64,000 nucleotides of DNA from Takakia lepidozioides (lineage: Eukaryota; Plantae; Bryophyta), in contig CM060731.1 in assembly GCA_030704615.1 (NCBI GenBank), forward strand, positions 35,154,001-35,218,000, in the 5' to 3' direction. The translations under genes were made by a program, and so were the position numbers. The notes below the pieces were generated by a model, which saw only the letters and a program-made list of their open reading frames with translations, did not search any database and had not been told where the DNA came from. Below, one piece after another: positions 40,021 to 53,075 of the stretch (position 1 is the stretch's first letter; every line of letters begins with the position of its first letter).

Positions 40021-43000
40021 ATGAGTTTTGTGTTTCGAGGATCGAGGGGTGACTTGGAGAGTGGGCTTCAAAGCTTTATACCTGAGCGGCGGTCTGTGGT
40101 ATGATTCTGTGCCCAGTGCTTGAGAACATCCCAGAACATTGTCATGTGAGTTCTTTTGTGTATGAATGAAGAGAATGCTTTCTACTTGTCAGTTGTTTTG
40201 AAGTGGGCCAACCTTAGGTTCTCAAGTACAGATGACCTTTGACAGGCAGTTTAGGAGGAATGAAACTAGAGACAAGTAGACATTTTTAAGTATCTATCTC
40301 CCTGTGTGTATCATATTTTGGTTCTGTCTTTGTGACTGCACAATTGCCTCCTTCATCGAAGACCATGTATCTGCATGTTTTCATTATGTTCAGGGGTTGG
40401 GTGAAAGGCCCATCAACAATTTTGCAATCAGGGTAGGTTACAGCGGTGACAAGTAGTGCTTACCATCCTCACTTTGTGGCACATTCAGAAGCAAGGTGTG
40501 TCAGCCTTCTGCTCTTAGCATTTGTTGCTGCACAGTAATCGAGTGGGATGTGATTGTGTCTAATCACTGTTGGTAATAATGGTGGGCAGAGATTCCATGG
40601 CAGTGTCCGCTCTGTGAATGCCAACCCAATGGCTTTTTTGGTCACAGGTGTGCAGAGCATACATCCTCCACACTCATTACATCCATTCTGCAATGCTCAG
40701 TACATGATGTGTGTCAAAGTCAGCTTGACTTGCTGGCACATGGTCATCCTTGGGGATAGGCCTGCCAACATCAAACTTGACTTAGTGATGTTATCTGAGA
40801 GGTTTAGAAAAGTCATTCCTTCGCCTAATTCTATGGGATGCAAATTGGATTGTGTGCAGTGCTGCTATTATTTATGATTCTTAACTCACATCAAATGTCA
40901 CCCAACGTTCTGGTGTGTCTTTCTGCTTGCGGTACACTTTCAATACAGCTTATATGTGCACAATGACTGTGACTGGATGTCTTTAGGGGTTAGCTAGAAA
41001 TACTGTACAACTCTATCTTTTGGTAATTACCTCTCCTGTTAAATTGGACCGTGTAGTTACCAAGTTGGAATGAGGAACTGTGGTTGAGATGGGCCCAGTC
41101 AGTCGTGTGTGGTGCTCTAGATAGTTGCTATTCTTATCAAAATAGCTGCTGAAAGTGAGATTTTTGGATAGAGCAAAAGTCAATAAAAGTCGTTGGAAAA
41201 GGAGTAGGAAACACCTCAGGAAACTGAGCAGAAAATTGAGTACATAACCGAGTCAATGTTAATCTACCTTCGTACTGGTTGCAGCTCTGGCTGGGAATGG
41301 GAGTGTTCCTGACAGCAACAACATTCCGCATGTACGCTATGTGTCAGCAGCTCCAAGCTCAGGCACATGCTGCTGCTGCTGCAGCCGCCTCTGCGGGGGG
41401 CCTAGTGGGCCATTCAGAACTGCGGCTACGCATGGCCCCTTCTCTTTCCTTTGCCACCAGAGCTCGGCTTCAAGGCCTTCGTCTGCAGCTTGCTCTACTT
41501 GACCGCGAGTTTGATGAACTTGGTCTGAATCTTGTTTTTGCCCATGTCTCTATTCGATGCCTGCATGATTGGTCCTTGATTGCCTGTTTGTTCTTGTGCT
41601 CCCATCTGTCCTGAAGCTTCTCTTTCTGGCTAATTATCTGGCCATCTTCATTCTATTCACCTGCTCTGGTTGTAAGCTGACTGGTGATAGTGGTGCAGAT
41701 TATGATGCATTGAGGGCACTCGATGCCGATAATCCACCCGGGGTGGCATCCATGAGTGATGCAGAGATCAATAGGCTGCCAGTTCATAAGTACAAGGTGG
41801 CACGGCAATTACCTTCTTCACATCCTCAATTGAGGTAAGTCTTAATGAGTTCAGAGATATATGAGTTTCTGCAAGTGGTTTGGTTCTAAGCCAGTTTGGT
41901 TCTCTACACCAAACATGATTGTGAAACTGGTCTGTCTCATTTTGCTGTTCTTTGCTCATGTTGCCGCTGTCTTTGGCTGTTTTACTTTGCAGTGAAGGAG
42001 TACCGCCTCCACCTTCACAAGCTTCCAGTGCAGCCCCTAATGATGTATGCTCGGTCAGTCTTCCCCTCGATCTCTCTGGCTCTCTCTCCCTGGCTCTTGC
42101 TCAGATCAGGGGAGCACTTCCTGGTGGTTGCAACATAGAATTTTGAGCAAACCTTGCAGAATGCAACTACCACATCCTACTATGCACCTTCCGGCCAATC
42201 TGTCCCTCTCTCTCGACAGTTAAGACTGCAGGAGTCCATTTGAAAATCCTATTCCGCTACTCTTACCTCCTCTTTCCTGATCTTGCCTGGAGGTTCCTTG
42301 CAACTGGCTTTTAGTACATTGTACCAGACCAAAATACCATCTGTCCTGGACTATTTCGGCTAGGTCAAACAAGTTTCAGTGGACTAGGATACTGACATAT
42401 GTCTATGAACATTCCATGATGAATAGTCATCTTACTGAGAGTGGGTGCTAAGGTTCATAGCTTTTTTAATCTACATCAATGCCCATCAACAAATTATTGA
42501 GCGTAAAACACAGTTGCGAGAGCTAGAACAAAGATTATGAGTTGACTTCTGGTACGTGGTTATCTTTGAATGTGCAGAAGAAGAGCGATGAGGGCAGCAA
42601 GCCAAGGTCCGATGAGGAGCTTACATGCAGTGTTTGCCTGGAGCAAGTCCTAGACGGTGAACTAGTCCGCAGCCTCCCTTGCCTTCACCAGGTGCAAACC
42701 TATGTCTCTCTCTCTCTCTTTTTGCTCCTCTCCCTGTCCTCTAGGAAGCCTATTGCCATTGGGTGGACTTGATACGGGAGTACATTAATGTCTCTGTGAC
42801 TAAATGCTGGCCTTGTGACCTCGTGTCCTTGTTTGTTTCGACCTGAAGCGCTTTGCTCCAGGTAAGGTAGTGCATTGGATTTAGTTGGAAAGCTTGGGGC
42901 CTTTCCCTCTTTAGAATATGCCTACACCGGCCATTCCCTGCAACTCCCTGGAGTGTGATCTCTGAATGGTAACAAGCGGGCCCCGACCGCTTGGGGGCAG

Positions 43001-46000
43001 CCCCTCCGCCCAAATTGGGCAGTCGTATGCTCTGTATAGCATACTCGGCACTTGGGCTCGGGTTGGTTCCTGTGCTTAAACTTATAGCCTGCGAGATCAA
43101 TCAAAATTTTAGCTCCTATCGACTTCAACACCCCCCAGGGTGATTCCTGGGAATTGGTTACTTATGCCAAATCTAGGGCTTCATGTGTAGTTTTTGGGGT
43201 GAATCCCAGGATGGACGATGTGTCCTTTAAAACTACATGCTCTAGCTTAGGCTTGGATTTCATGGCTAATTGTTCCATCTCGAGACTTGATAACACGGGT
43301 ACATTGAAGGTTGCAATGACCAAAAGTGCTTCTAATAGAGTCCCACATCAATTCAATCTCAAAGAAGTTCGTCCCTTGACTGGCTGGAGAGCGGTCTTAG
43401 ACATTGGTGATTCAATGGGGCGCTCTAGGAAGACAACTAAGGGCAAGGACTTCAACTTGAGAGTTTCTAATCGGTTTGATGCTCTGAATGAGGTTGAATC
43501 CAAACAGCTAGAAGGACAAGATGCCCCTAAGTGTACAGAACCTGAACGTCCTGAATCTGAAGGATTTGGTACTCTGAATGGTTTACCAATCCTCAAGGTT
43601 TACACAAGACGAAAAAATTCTATACACGGGCTAATTGTCCCCAAGCCGTCAGATGGACAATCTGTCCCTAAGTGTGCAGAGCCTGAACGTCGTGTAACTG
43701 AAGGATTTGGTACTCTAGATGGTTTACCAATCCTCAGTCTACACAAGACGAGCAAAATCTACACACGGGGTAATTGTCCCCAAGCAGTCTGACGGACAAT
43801 ATACCCCTAAGTGTGCGGAGCCTGTGCGTCGTGTAACTGAAGGATTTGGTACCCTGAATGGTTTACCAATTCTCAAAGTTTACACAAGACGAGCAAAATC
43901 TACACATGGGGTAACTGTCCCCCCTTTGCAGAACGGTTGGCCGTTCAGGAGCAATCACAAGCTACCTAGACGACAAACAATTCACATGCAAAGGGCTGGC
44001 TTGCGGCTGGCCACTTTCAACTTCTCAGGGCTTACTAACCAAAGGAAACAACTCGAAGTGGGACAAGTCCTTCGGACTAATGATATTCATATCTGTGCTG
44101 GGCAAGAAACATGGGAAACGTCAGATAAACTGGTTGGAGATGTCAATGGTTATAAATGGGCAGGTAGGATGTGTACTCTCAAGGCAGCCTCTGCCAAACG
44201 CGGTCAAAAAGGGGTTGGATTCTTTGTCCTTGATTTCTTGTTTGATAATTGTGAAATTATCAACAAGGGTTTGAGGTACGAGCATAGTATCTGGCTAAAA
44301 CTGAATCTGAAGGGCGGCATGAGTACGAAGGACCTCTTTGTGGGTTGTGTTTACATGCCCACAGAGGGGACCCTTAGTGCTGACGCAGACAAAGCCTTCG
44401 AAGATGTAAAGCTGGACTGTGCTTCGTTCCTTGCCAAAGGTCAGGTAGTGCTATTGGGTGACTTCAATGCCTGGGTGGGCAAAGGGCTCCATCAGGACGA
44501 TATCATTGGGCCTTTTGGTGAGGACGAGCTGAATTCTAATGGCAGACGGTTAATTAACTGTCTGGAAGAGCTTCAGCTTTTGACCTTGAATAACAGGACA
44601 AGAGGTGACCAAGTGCAGTGGACTCGTGAGAAATCCCAAACTGGGGAACGTTCCATTGTGGACTATATCATAATGGACAAAAATTTGTTTCCCCAGTGTG
44701 CCAATGTGTCGATCGACAGAACTGATATTGGTACCTCTGACCACTTCCTGGTTTGGACTGAGATCAAAAGGTGTTTTCCCAACACCAAGAGATCTGTGAA
44801 ACGTTCGATTCGGAAGTGGCGCATAGAAAAATTATGAGGAGGTCAAGGCTGAGTACGTCCAGGCCTTGCAAGAGGCTCTCCCTCATTTTGTCCAATCGCT
44901 CCAAGAACTTCAGTCTCGCTCTGACAACGCAAGAAATGAAGTCGAAAGAGCAGTGGACTCTTGGGAGAGTTTCGTCTCCTCCGTGGCTGACAAGATCATT
45001 GGGAGGAAACTAATTGTCTGCGGTAGAGCTGTTAATTGGTGGACCAATGAGATCAAACTCAAGATAGCTGAGAGACGAGCCCTCTATAAAGAGTGCTGCA
45101 ATTTGAAAACCAACAGAGAATTGTGGGCGAGGTACTATCAGCTCCGGAAAGATATCAATCAGCTTGTTAGGTCTCAGAAGAAATTATACTGGGATAAGTT
45201 ATACAGTGAAATAAACTCAAACTACCATGGTGGTAATGACAAGAAATTCTGGTTGGCCCTTCAACGTTTGTACAAGCCTAAAAACGGTCAGCAAGTACAA
45301 GCGCTGAAGACTACTAAAGGTGCAGTGGTGACTTCATCGGTTGACATTGTCAAAACCTTTGAAAATCACTACAGTATCCTTGGCAGAACTTCTAGGTCTA
45401 ACAGTGAGGGGAGGGACACAGTTGGAAAAATTGTTCCTATGATTCAAAACAGCCCTGATGAACTGGAGTATATTTCAATGGCTTATAACGCTCCCATTAG
45501 TTCTTCTGAGATTGTGGAAGCAATTGAACATTTAAATGGATATAAAGCTGGTGGACCTGATGGTATTGTCAACGAGCTTATCAAGCACGGTGGCGATCCC
45601 ATGATAGAGGCCCTAGTTCTCCTCTTTAACCTTATCTGGAAGACTGAAATGATCCCCTTTCGCTGGCGACAGGGGGTCATTGTCAGTCTATACAAGAAGG
45701 GTGACAGAGAAGAACCGGGGAACTACCGTGGCATCACGCTCCTCAATGCTGTTGGCAAGACATTCTGCAGAGTTATAAGTACTCGTCTCGAGGTTGATCT
45801 GGAGTCTAGAGGTTGTTTCCACAAAGGCCAAGCTGGCTTTCAGCGAAACAGGGGCTGTGTGGATCATATCTTCACTCTAAACCAGATATTCAGGGAAGGA
45901 AAAAAGAAGGGAAACCCACTTATGTTTTTTTCCTGGATGTCAAAAAGGCTTATGACACAGTGTGGAGAGATGGCCTATGGTTCCGCCTCTGGTCTTGTGG

Positions 46001-48644
46001 GATCAAGGGAAAGATGTGGAGAGTTGTCCACAACTTGTATGCTCACACCAAAAGCTGTGTCACTGTTAACGGACAGAAGTCCAACTTCTTTGACATAGAC
46101 CAAGGTGTAGCTCAAGGATGTACTCTCTCCCCTCTGCTCTTCAATGTTTTCATCAATCAACTCCTCGAGGATGTGGAAAGTGAAGGATTTGGGTTAAGGG
46201 TGGGTGATACCACCATATCAGCCCTTATGTTTGCGGATGACTTTGCAGGCATAGGGGAGACTCCAACCAATCTCCAGGAGTTGATTGATTGCGCGAAGAG
46301 ATACTTTGATCTTTGGGGGCTAGAGGCTAATGTCAGCAAATGTGCAGTGGTAGCATTCAACGACAGAGGAGAGGGAGGAAGTGATCTTAAGTGGCAGTGG
46401 GGTAGCCAAGAGATCCCGGTCCTCCCTTCCTACACTTACCTGGGCGTTGAGTTTTCCTCCAATTGTAATTGGGATGCACATATCCGGAAAGTTGTTCAAA
46501 CTGGCAAGGGCAAAGCTCTGGGGCTCACTAAATTTTTCCACTGCAGAGGGGTCATCTCTGAGGTTAAGAAAACCATGCTTTGTCGCGTTATTAGACCTGC
46601 CTTGGAGTACGGATCTGCTATATGGGTTGATAACTCCAACCAGGCTAAGTCTCTAGAATCCATTCAAGTGGGGGTGCTTAAGGAGTGTATGTCAGCATGC
46701 TCCAAAACAGCCAATGTGGCTGTTCGGGGTGAGTTTGGCATTCCGTCCTTAAGCTCCCGACGAGATGAATTCAAGGTCAGATGGTGGGGTCAGCTGCAAC
46801 ATATGCCCAACACCAGATATCCTAAGTTAATCGACTCTATATCTTGGAAACAGGACCGCCCTGTCAAACAGGCTAAGTCCTGGCAGAAGAGAGTAGAAAA
46901 GATTCTCAAGGACCTGGACCTGGATCCGCAGTTCTTGACCCTGCTGGATAAATCTGACTTAGAGGCTGTAGTGTCTGAAGCCATGTCTGTTGCCATGAGA
47001 TTGTCTGATGAAAATGAAGTTAGGCAGAGAACTTCCCTGAACTTGTTTCCAGTCAGTGACATGGGGGTGGACATCTTGGATGACCTCAAGGGTCTACCCA
47101 CTCTCGGCACTAGACTGAAATTTAAACTCAGGGCAGGAAGCCTACCTTTGAACAGCAAACAGAAGCAGAGAGGAAAGGGAGAGTGCAATTGTCCGTTGTG
47201 TGGATCTGAAGACAGTATTCATTTTCTGATACACTGTCCGGGGTTCTCTCACCAAAGAGACGCTCTCTTCAATTCTATCAAGGGAATTGTGCCTGTACCC
47301 CTGTTTACCAACTTTGAAAGTCTCGAGGCTGAGCCAAAAGCCCAGGCCCTCCTGAGGCCTAGTTTTTGGGCAAATCACACACAGCAGATTGATGCTTGTG
47401 TGAAGGGTTTTCTAGAGGATATCTGGAAAACCCGGATTAATTCCTTATATGAAGGTAAGTCTTACTACCAACGTCAGCCCCTGACGGAGGTAGGTTCTGT
47501 TCCTTTTGTTACCGCTCAAACTGGGCTCGGGGTCAATGGCCACAAGGCTACGGCAAACAACGTCTTATGAGTACAATCTCTTTTTGCTCTTGGGCAGCAC
47601 AAGAGGGCCCTCTTGTTCCACCAAACTGGGTGTGGGATCTGTGGCACAAGGGTAACAAATTCTCACGAGTACTTTTTTCTTCTTACTCTTGGGCTAGCAA
47701 GGTCAATGACCAGAATTTCTTTGACAAATGAGTACATCTTTCTCTTGCTCCACTATCCCTGTTTAAATTCTCCTTTTGTTGGCAGAGTTGCTGCAGAAAG
47801 TTTACGTCCTAGTGCTTCTTCGTGGTAGTGCTTGATGAAGGCTAATAGGTTGTTCCCTAGAGCCAGGACTCCCACACCGCATTACAGGCACATTAACGTC
47901 CACATTAATGTCAGAACAGGTCTGTCTTAGATCTCAGCAATATTCTAACTGGCTCTCAACAAAGTCTGGTAAGCCATCTGGTGATGCTCTTTAACCACGC
48001 TTCTTGGTTGGGAAAGGGGTCGCTTATTACTATAACGTCGGCAACTCACTTCTGGGCTACATCTCATCCTTGGAAGCTTGAAACCCCCACAACCAGTTAT
48101 GGCCAATATTCGCAGGGAACAGACAATGAGTACAACTGTCTGTGTCTGTGGAACACTCTTGCTCTCTGGCTTCCTGTGGATGTTTATTGCTGTTCCGGTC
48201 CTTCTTTCACACACGTCAGAGGCCCTCTATAAAATTATCAACTGGCTGTCACTACTCTTTTTGTCTCAGTTTTAGAAGCTCAGGACTTCGCCCTATCCTT
48301 GGCTCTGAATACTGTGTGACACTCCCATTGGTTTAAAAACTTTGTAGGGAGCTTTGCAAATCCCTGGTCAAAGCCATCCCGCACTGTCGTGTACCCAGTG
48401 GTGCACTCCTCCCACCTTTTCTGCTCCGTCTAAACTGGAATGGGGTCTACAGTCAGTGGGCTGCTGCAATGTAAGCCTAAGGTGCACTTACCAAGTACTG
48501 TTGTGGGCTGTTTGTCTGTGGTAACAGTTTCATTCCAGCTGCATTGACCAATGGTTAAGGCAGCAGGCTACGTGCCCCATTTGCAAATTCTGTCTTGGCT
48601 CTTCATGGACTGAAGGCTCCAGCGGCGCTGGCTTCATGGTATGA
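40021..48644 (+). CDS. SDIR1: RING-H2 E3 ubiquitin ligase SDIR1 homolog, 8 coding exons
   Basis: Exons 40021-40098 (MSFVFRGSRGDLESG), 40590-40647, 40860-40912, 41285-41522 (RLQGLRLQLALLDREFD), 41699-41834, 41993-42044, 42578-42691 (CSVCLEQV..LPCLHQ), 48528-48644 (FHSSCIDQWLRQQATCPICK); GT-AG boundaries and in phase. Confidence 0.95.
42728..47576 (+). mobile_element. Apparently full-length LINE (4849 bp): N-terminal region, APE endonuclease, RT, Cys/His knuckle
   Basis: 13-bp TSD TCTCTTTTTGCTC at 42715-42727 and 47577-47589. APE motifs ATFN, QETW, LLGDFNA, IVDYI, SDH; RT FADD; CPLCG..HFLIHC. Frameshifts near 43737, 44830 and 45888. Confidence 0.96.
43511..43923 (+). repeat. Three 141-bp (47-aa) tandem repeats inside the LINE coding region
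   Basis: Units start at 43511, 43652 and 43791 (GQ..PKC.EP.R...EGFGTL.GLPILKVYTRR); the second is 2 bp short. Confidence 0.92.
47610..47737 (+). mobile_element. Two very short diverged LINE 3'-end remnants in tandem
   Basis: CAAACTGGGTGTGGG..GGCACAAGG..GAGTAC-TTTTTTCTTC and GGGCT..GGTCAATGACCA..ATGAGTACA-TCTTTCTC both resemble 47517-47576. Confidence 0.6.
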
Positions 48645-51600
48645 AACCTCAAGTTGTGTGTTTCATTCTCTCCCACGACGTCCTGTGGATAGAAATTTTT
48701 CCTCCAGCTATTTGGCACCTCCATCATTGGTTAGGAATGTAGTGTGTCAGGATCGTTGAATGAAGAAAGGTAGGGCTCAACTCCTGCAAGCTGTTTGAAA
48801 TAAATAGATGACATCCGGGGACTAGATTATCACTGATGATGATTGGCTTATGAGTTTGCCAAGTTGAAAAATTGAGGGCTGCTTAGACTGCTGAGACGCA
48901 AAAAAGACATTTGTGCCGTGTTAAACTGGTCACTTCTCTCATTGGTGGTGCAATCTCATCACAGGTCCATGCAGTTCACTGCACAAGACTGTACTTGTTG
49001 TAAAATCCCTCTTAACATGTGTAGCAATGATGTGGGGTGTGTGATTCACCAACTTGAATGGTGACTGGCAGCCGTATCATATTCACGAGCCCAATATCTA
49101 GCCACCAATAATCCCGAGACTCATCAGAGGCAGCTCCAGGAAGCAACCAGCTTATAATGAAGCCCTTGGCCGATGCGTAAGCACTGCTATCTGCACTCAT
49201 GTCTGTTAGAGAAGAAACACAGCCAAAGCAGGACAAAGGCTCCTTTGAGCGCCCTAAATATGAAGCATGAGTTACAAAAGCTTCACAGGAAATTGCAAGC
49301 TCTGAGAAAAGATATCCACTGAGTGACAAGACACAAGTAAGCATCAACTGATTTCAATTTGATCACTCCAGTAAAGAACAAGATGTGCATGGATGCATGC
49401 TAGCCCTGCCTTGGTATAGTAACTTTCAATGTATCTTATTCATACTCGAGTTCCCAGCAATAACAACACTGTTCCCTTCTCCAACCCATGATTTACGGTC
49501 TAACGGCTGGAATCTTGGCCTCCCTCCCTCCCTCCCTCCCTCCCCAGTGGAGCTCGAGGAGTTTGGGTCCTTGGGGCATCCATCACAACAAACAAATGAA
49601 GGCTCATCTGACTTCCTTCCATGCCTGGCATGCCTGCCGTTACAGAGTGTCCCCATGCCCACAAGTGCCAGAGTTTTTGGTTTCTTGGTACATCTTTAAT
49701 TGCTCGACCTTGTATCGTGGCAGCTAAATCTGCTTGCAGCACAAGGAGAATCGAAGCATCCCTCAATTCAAATGGCCTCGTTTGTTCGCTTACATCGGAA
49801 GTCTGGTGTCTTGGGATTTCTATGTGAAAACCATCACTGCCCCCTGCCTTGCCTGTGCTGAGAGCTTCAAGAAGGTGTGGATTGCACACTATGTACTCTT
49901 CTCTGCATTTTCCAAACCGAAGTGCATCGGGATTTTTGTCTAACTGTTTGAAACCACTTGCGGGAAATTGGAGATTAGTGGAGAATGACCAACAAGGGCA
50001 GCTGGATGTGGAGAGCAACAAATGGCCGCGGCTGCCAAAGGCCACATGCAGCAAGGAAATTGCCAACACAATGCACGTCATTTCCCTTGTGGACCCTGGC
50101 ACGGAGATGGATAACTTGGATATTGGAAAAGTGTTGGGGCGCCTTGCTGCGCCTAAGACTGTTACTGGAACACATACTCCAAGCTGGTGAGCTATTTCTG
50201 TCATACCAAGAAGTTCTATGGCACAAGATATCTTGCCTTCTTAATCACGATTGTCAATGGTGCTGTCATTACAGGCGGCCATAGGGGTGTGTTATCATTG
50301 AGATTGTATGGGCGAGGTTGCTGAATCCGTGTATGGTGAGAACTAGGGTTCAGGTGGGATAAACTGCCATTAGATGTTATGTTATTCCAACTTCCATGTC
50401 ACTCTTCAAGATACACAGACAATTGATAAAGACCAGGTTGGTATGGCAGGTTGAAGTTGGAGATTTGGGATCAGCTGACAGGGCACAATGTGAAGAAAGG
50501 GGAAGGGATTCATGTTACTGGGCCTCTGGTTGTTAATGGGTATGTCCACAAGGCAGATATTCCCCAAAGAAGTGCCAAGGTCAGTGTTACTTTCACTCAT
50601 GATCACATTGTATCCCAAGTTGTGCAGGGATGGGCATCCCTGCACGTGTCGAAAAATCTTCAGAGTCGCTCTTCTTTTGCCTCATTCTTTCTATTACTCA
50701 CTCTGCTAGATTGGTCTTTAACTTTGGGTCGTCATTTAGTAGTGATTGGTTCTTTTCTTGATGCAGTGGAGAAGATCTGTATAATGGTATGCGCATGAAC
50801 CTAAAAAGAGAATTACATGTGTCGGGAGCTGATGACATCAGTGGGGAGTGGGGCCAGCTTGTCACTGCCACACATGATGATGATGATAGCCTGAGACTTC
50901 GTGATTGACAACACACTGTTGGGGCACACTGTCTATATGGTTGGTGTAGGTTTCGACTTGGACTGGCCACAACTGTTTGGGTTACCTTTTAATCTCTGTA
51001 TGGAATTGTTACTCTGGACGTACATGGAGATGATTGCTTTCTTTACAATGGATTAAATCAAAACGTTGTTAGCTGTTGCAGAACCACCATTCCGTGGTCT
51101 ACTCAGTGCACCTTATGGGCGATTGTAGGAAGCTGGGTGCCTACAAGTAGATCTTGATGAGCAGTGGGGCATGGGACACAAGTGGGGAGGGGCTGACATG
51201 TGTGGACTAGTGTCATGTGGGAGCAGGTGGCAGTGAACACGTTGAGATGTTCAGCGTCAGAGAATTGGGGTTGCCCTATCTCTACACCTTCTGCTGCCTC
51301 CAAACTGTCTATGCCCACAAGACTACAGCAAGCAGTGTGGTGAGAACATCCCCCCCTCCCCTCTTTTCTGTCTGCCCTTTGGCTTCTACAGAGGGGGAAA
51401 TGACGAAGTGTGGTAAGGCCCTAGAGAGTTGCTGCTTGACAGCAAACAAGATAAGTGTGCCACAGATCTACTCTGAGCGTCTTTTGAGCCTTTGATGATT
51501 GATTGGAAGGAGCACCTTACCATTGCCATACTCTGGGCTGAAGTTCAAACTAAGAGTAGGCTGCCTACGTCTTTTTGCTAGTTACCCAGCTAGTTCCCTG

Positions 51601-51718
51601 TGCTTGATCTTTGGGTAGGATAGCTTGTTCCTGTGGTGAGACTTCATCACACAGAGTTCAATCTTATGCCTATTGAACATATGACTGATTGCACTGGCAG
51701 TCACAATTGCTTGGGAAG

Positions 51719-51803
51719 GTACTCATAGCCTCGTGCCTATAGACCCGGCGTCCATTTTGGGCAGAAGAAAAGGGAATAGACACGACCTTTGTGAGGGCCT
51801 CAC
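51719..51803 (-). mobile_element. Old diverged LINE 3'-end fragment
   Basis: GTACTCATAGCC..AGACCC..AAAAGGGA..ACCTTTGTGAGGG aligns with about 105-205. Confidence 0.65.
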
Positions 51804-51829
51804 TGCAATGTGCTTGATGGAGAAGAGAA

Positions 51830-52485
51830 TGTACTCATAAGATGTTGTTTGCTATAGCTTGAGGCCATTGACCCCGCGCCCAGTTTGAGCGGAACACAAA
51901 GGGACGGAACCTACCTTTGTCAGGGGCTGACGCCGGTAGTACGACTTACCTTGCACTCAACAATTGATCCGGGTTTTCCCGATATCCTCTAGAAATCCCT
52001 TTACACAAGCGTCAACCTGCTGTGTGTGGTTTGCGCAATAACTAAAAGGGGCTGGGCTTTTGGCTCAGCCTCGAGACTTTCAAAGTTGGTAAACAGAGGT
52101 ACATGCACAATTCCCTTGATAGATTTGAAGAGAGCGTCTCTCTGGTGAGAGAACCTCGGACAAGAATCAGAAAATGAATATTGTCTTCAAGTTACAACGG
52201 GCAATTGCACTCTCCCTTTCCTCTCTGCTTTTGTTTGCTGCTCAAAGGTAGGCTTCCCGCCCTGAGTTTAAATTTCAGTCTAGTGCCGAGAGTAGGTAGA
52301 CCCTTGAGGTCATCCATGATGTCCTCCCCCAGGTCACAGACTGGAAACAAGTTCTGGGAAGTTTTCTGCCTAACTTCATTTGCATCAGACAATTTCCTGG
52401 CAACAGACATGGCTTCGGACACTACAGCCTCTAAGTCAGATTTATCCAGCAGGGTCAAGACTTGTGGGTTAAGATTCAGATCCTT
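51830..52485 (-). mobile_element. 5'-truncated LINE copy
   Basis: Aligns with about 104-775; 10-bp TSD GAGAAGAGAA at 51820-51829 and 52486-52495; (GA)9 at 52504-52521. Confidence 0.92.
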
Positions 52486-53075
52486 GAGAAGAGAAGGTTT
52501 AAAGAGAGAGAGAGAGAGAGATTTTACGGAGAAGCTATTCTTAGTGAGACCAAGTCAAATACGAGCCCAAAAGCTCTGACGAGGCAATGGGATGGTAGCA
52601 AAGTTCTCATGGTCTTGTAGGTTGCATGCAGATCAAGCAAAGGGAAAGGAAAAACTCCGGCCGGATTTCCTCCCCGACCCTTCACAGTGGTGGCACCACA
52701 GGTTTGATAAGGTGAGGGTGTCTTCTCATAGGACATGAAAGAGTTTGCTAGTGACTGAAGCTGGCATATATGATGGTGTTGTGTGGACTGATTGTATTTC
52801 CAGCCCCTTGAATTAATGATGATTATGGTCTTCCTCGGAAAATATCAGCAAAGACGTGTTTACTGTTGTTATCACTAGGTTGTCCAAGGTTCTTCCTTGC
52901 TATTTGAAATATGCTTGGAATTCTGGTAGCTGCGCCTGTTCTAAGAGAGGCTGTGGTGCTCTGGTAGTTCTCACAGAAAAGTCCAAGGTTGCCAGACTTC
53001 AGACATAAGCATGCAAACAGGGCATGTTGGATTCAGGGTTGGTCGAACCCTTTTTGGGTAAAATTAGTAGCTGCC

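Noticed and set aside
49385-50290. 234-aa ORF (49500-50204) and overlapping ORFs as a gene
   Set aside because: No domain signature or clear exon structure; cannot be supported.
51400-51570. Additional plus-strand LINE fragment (GLKFKLRVGCL)
   Set aside because: Similarity is too short and diverged to list as a feature.
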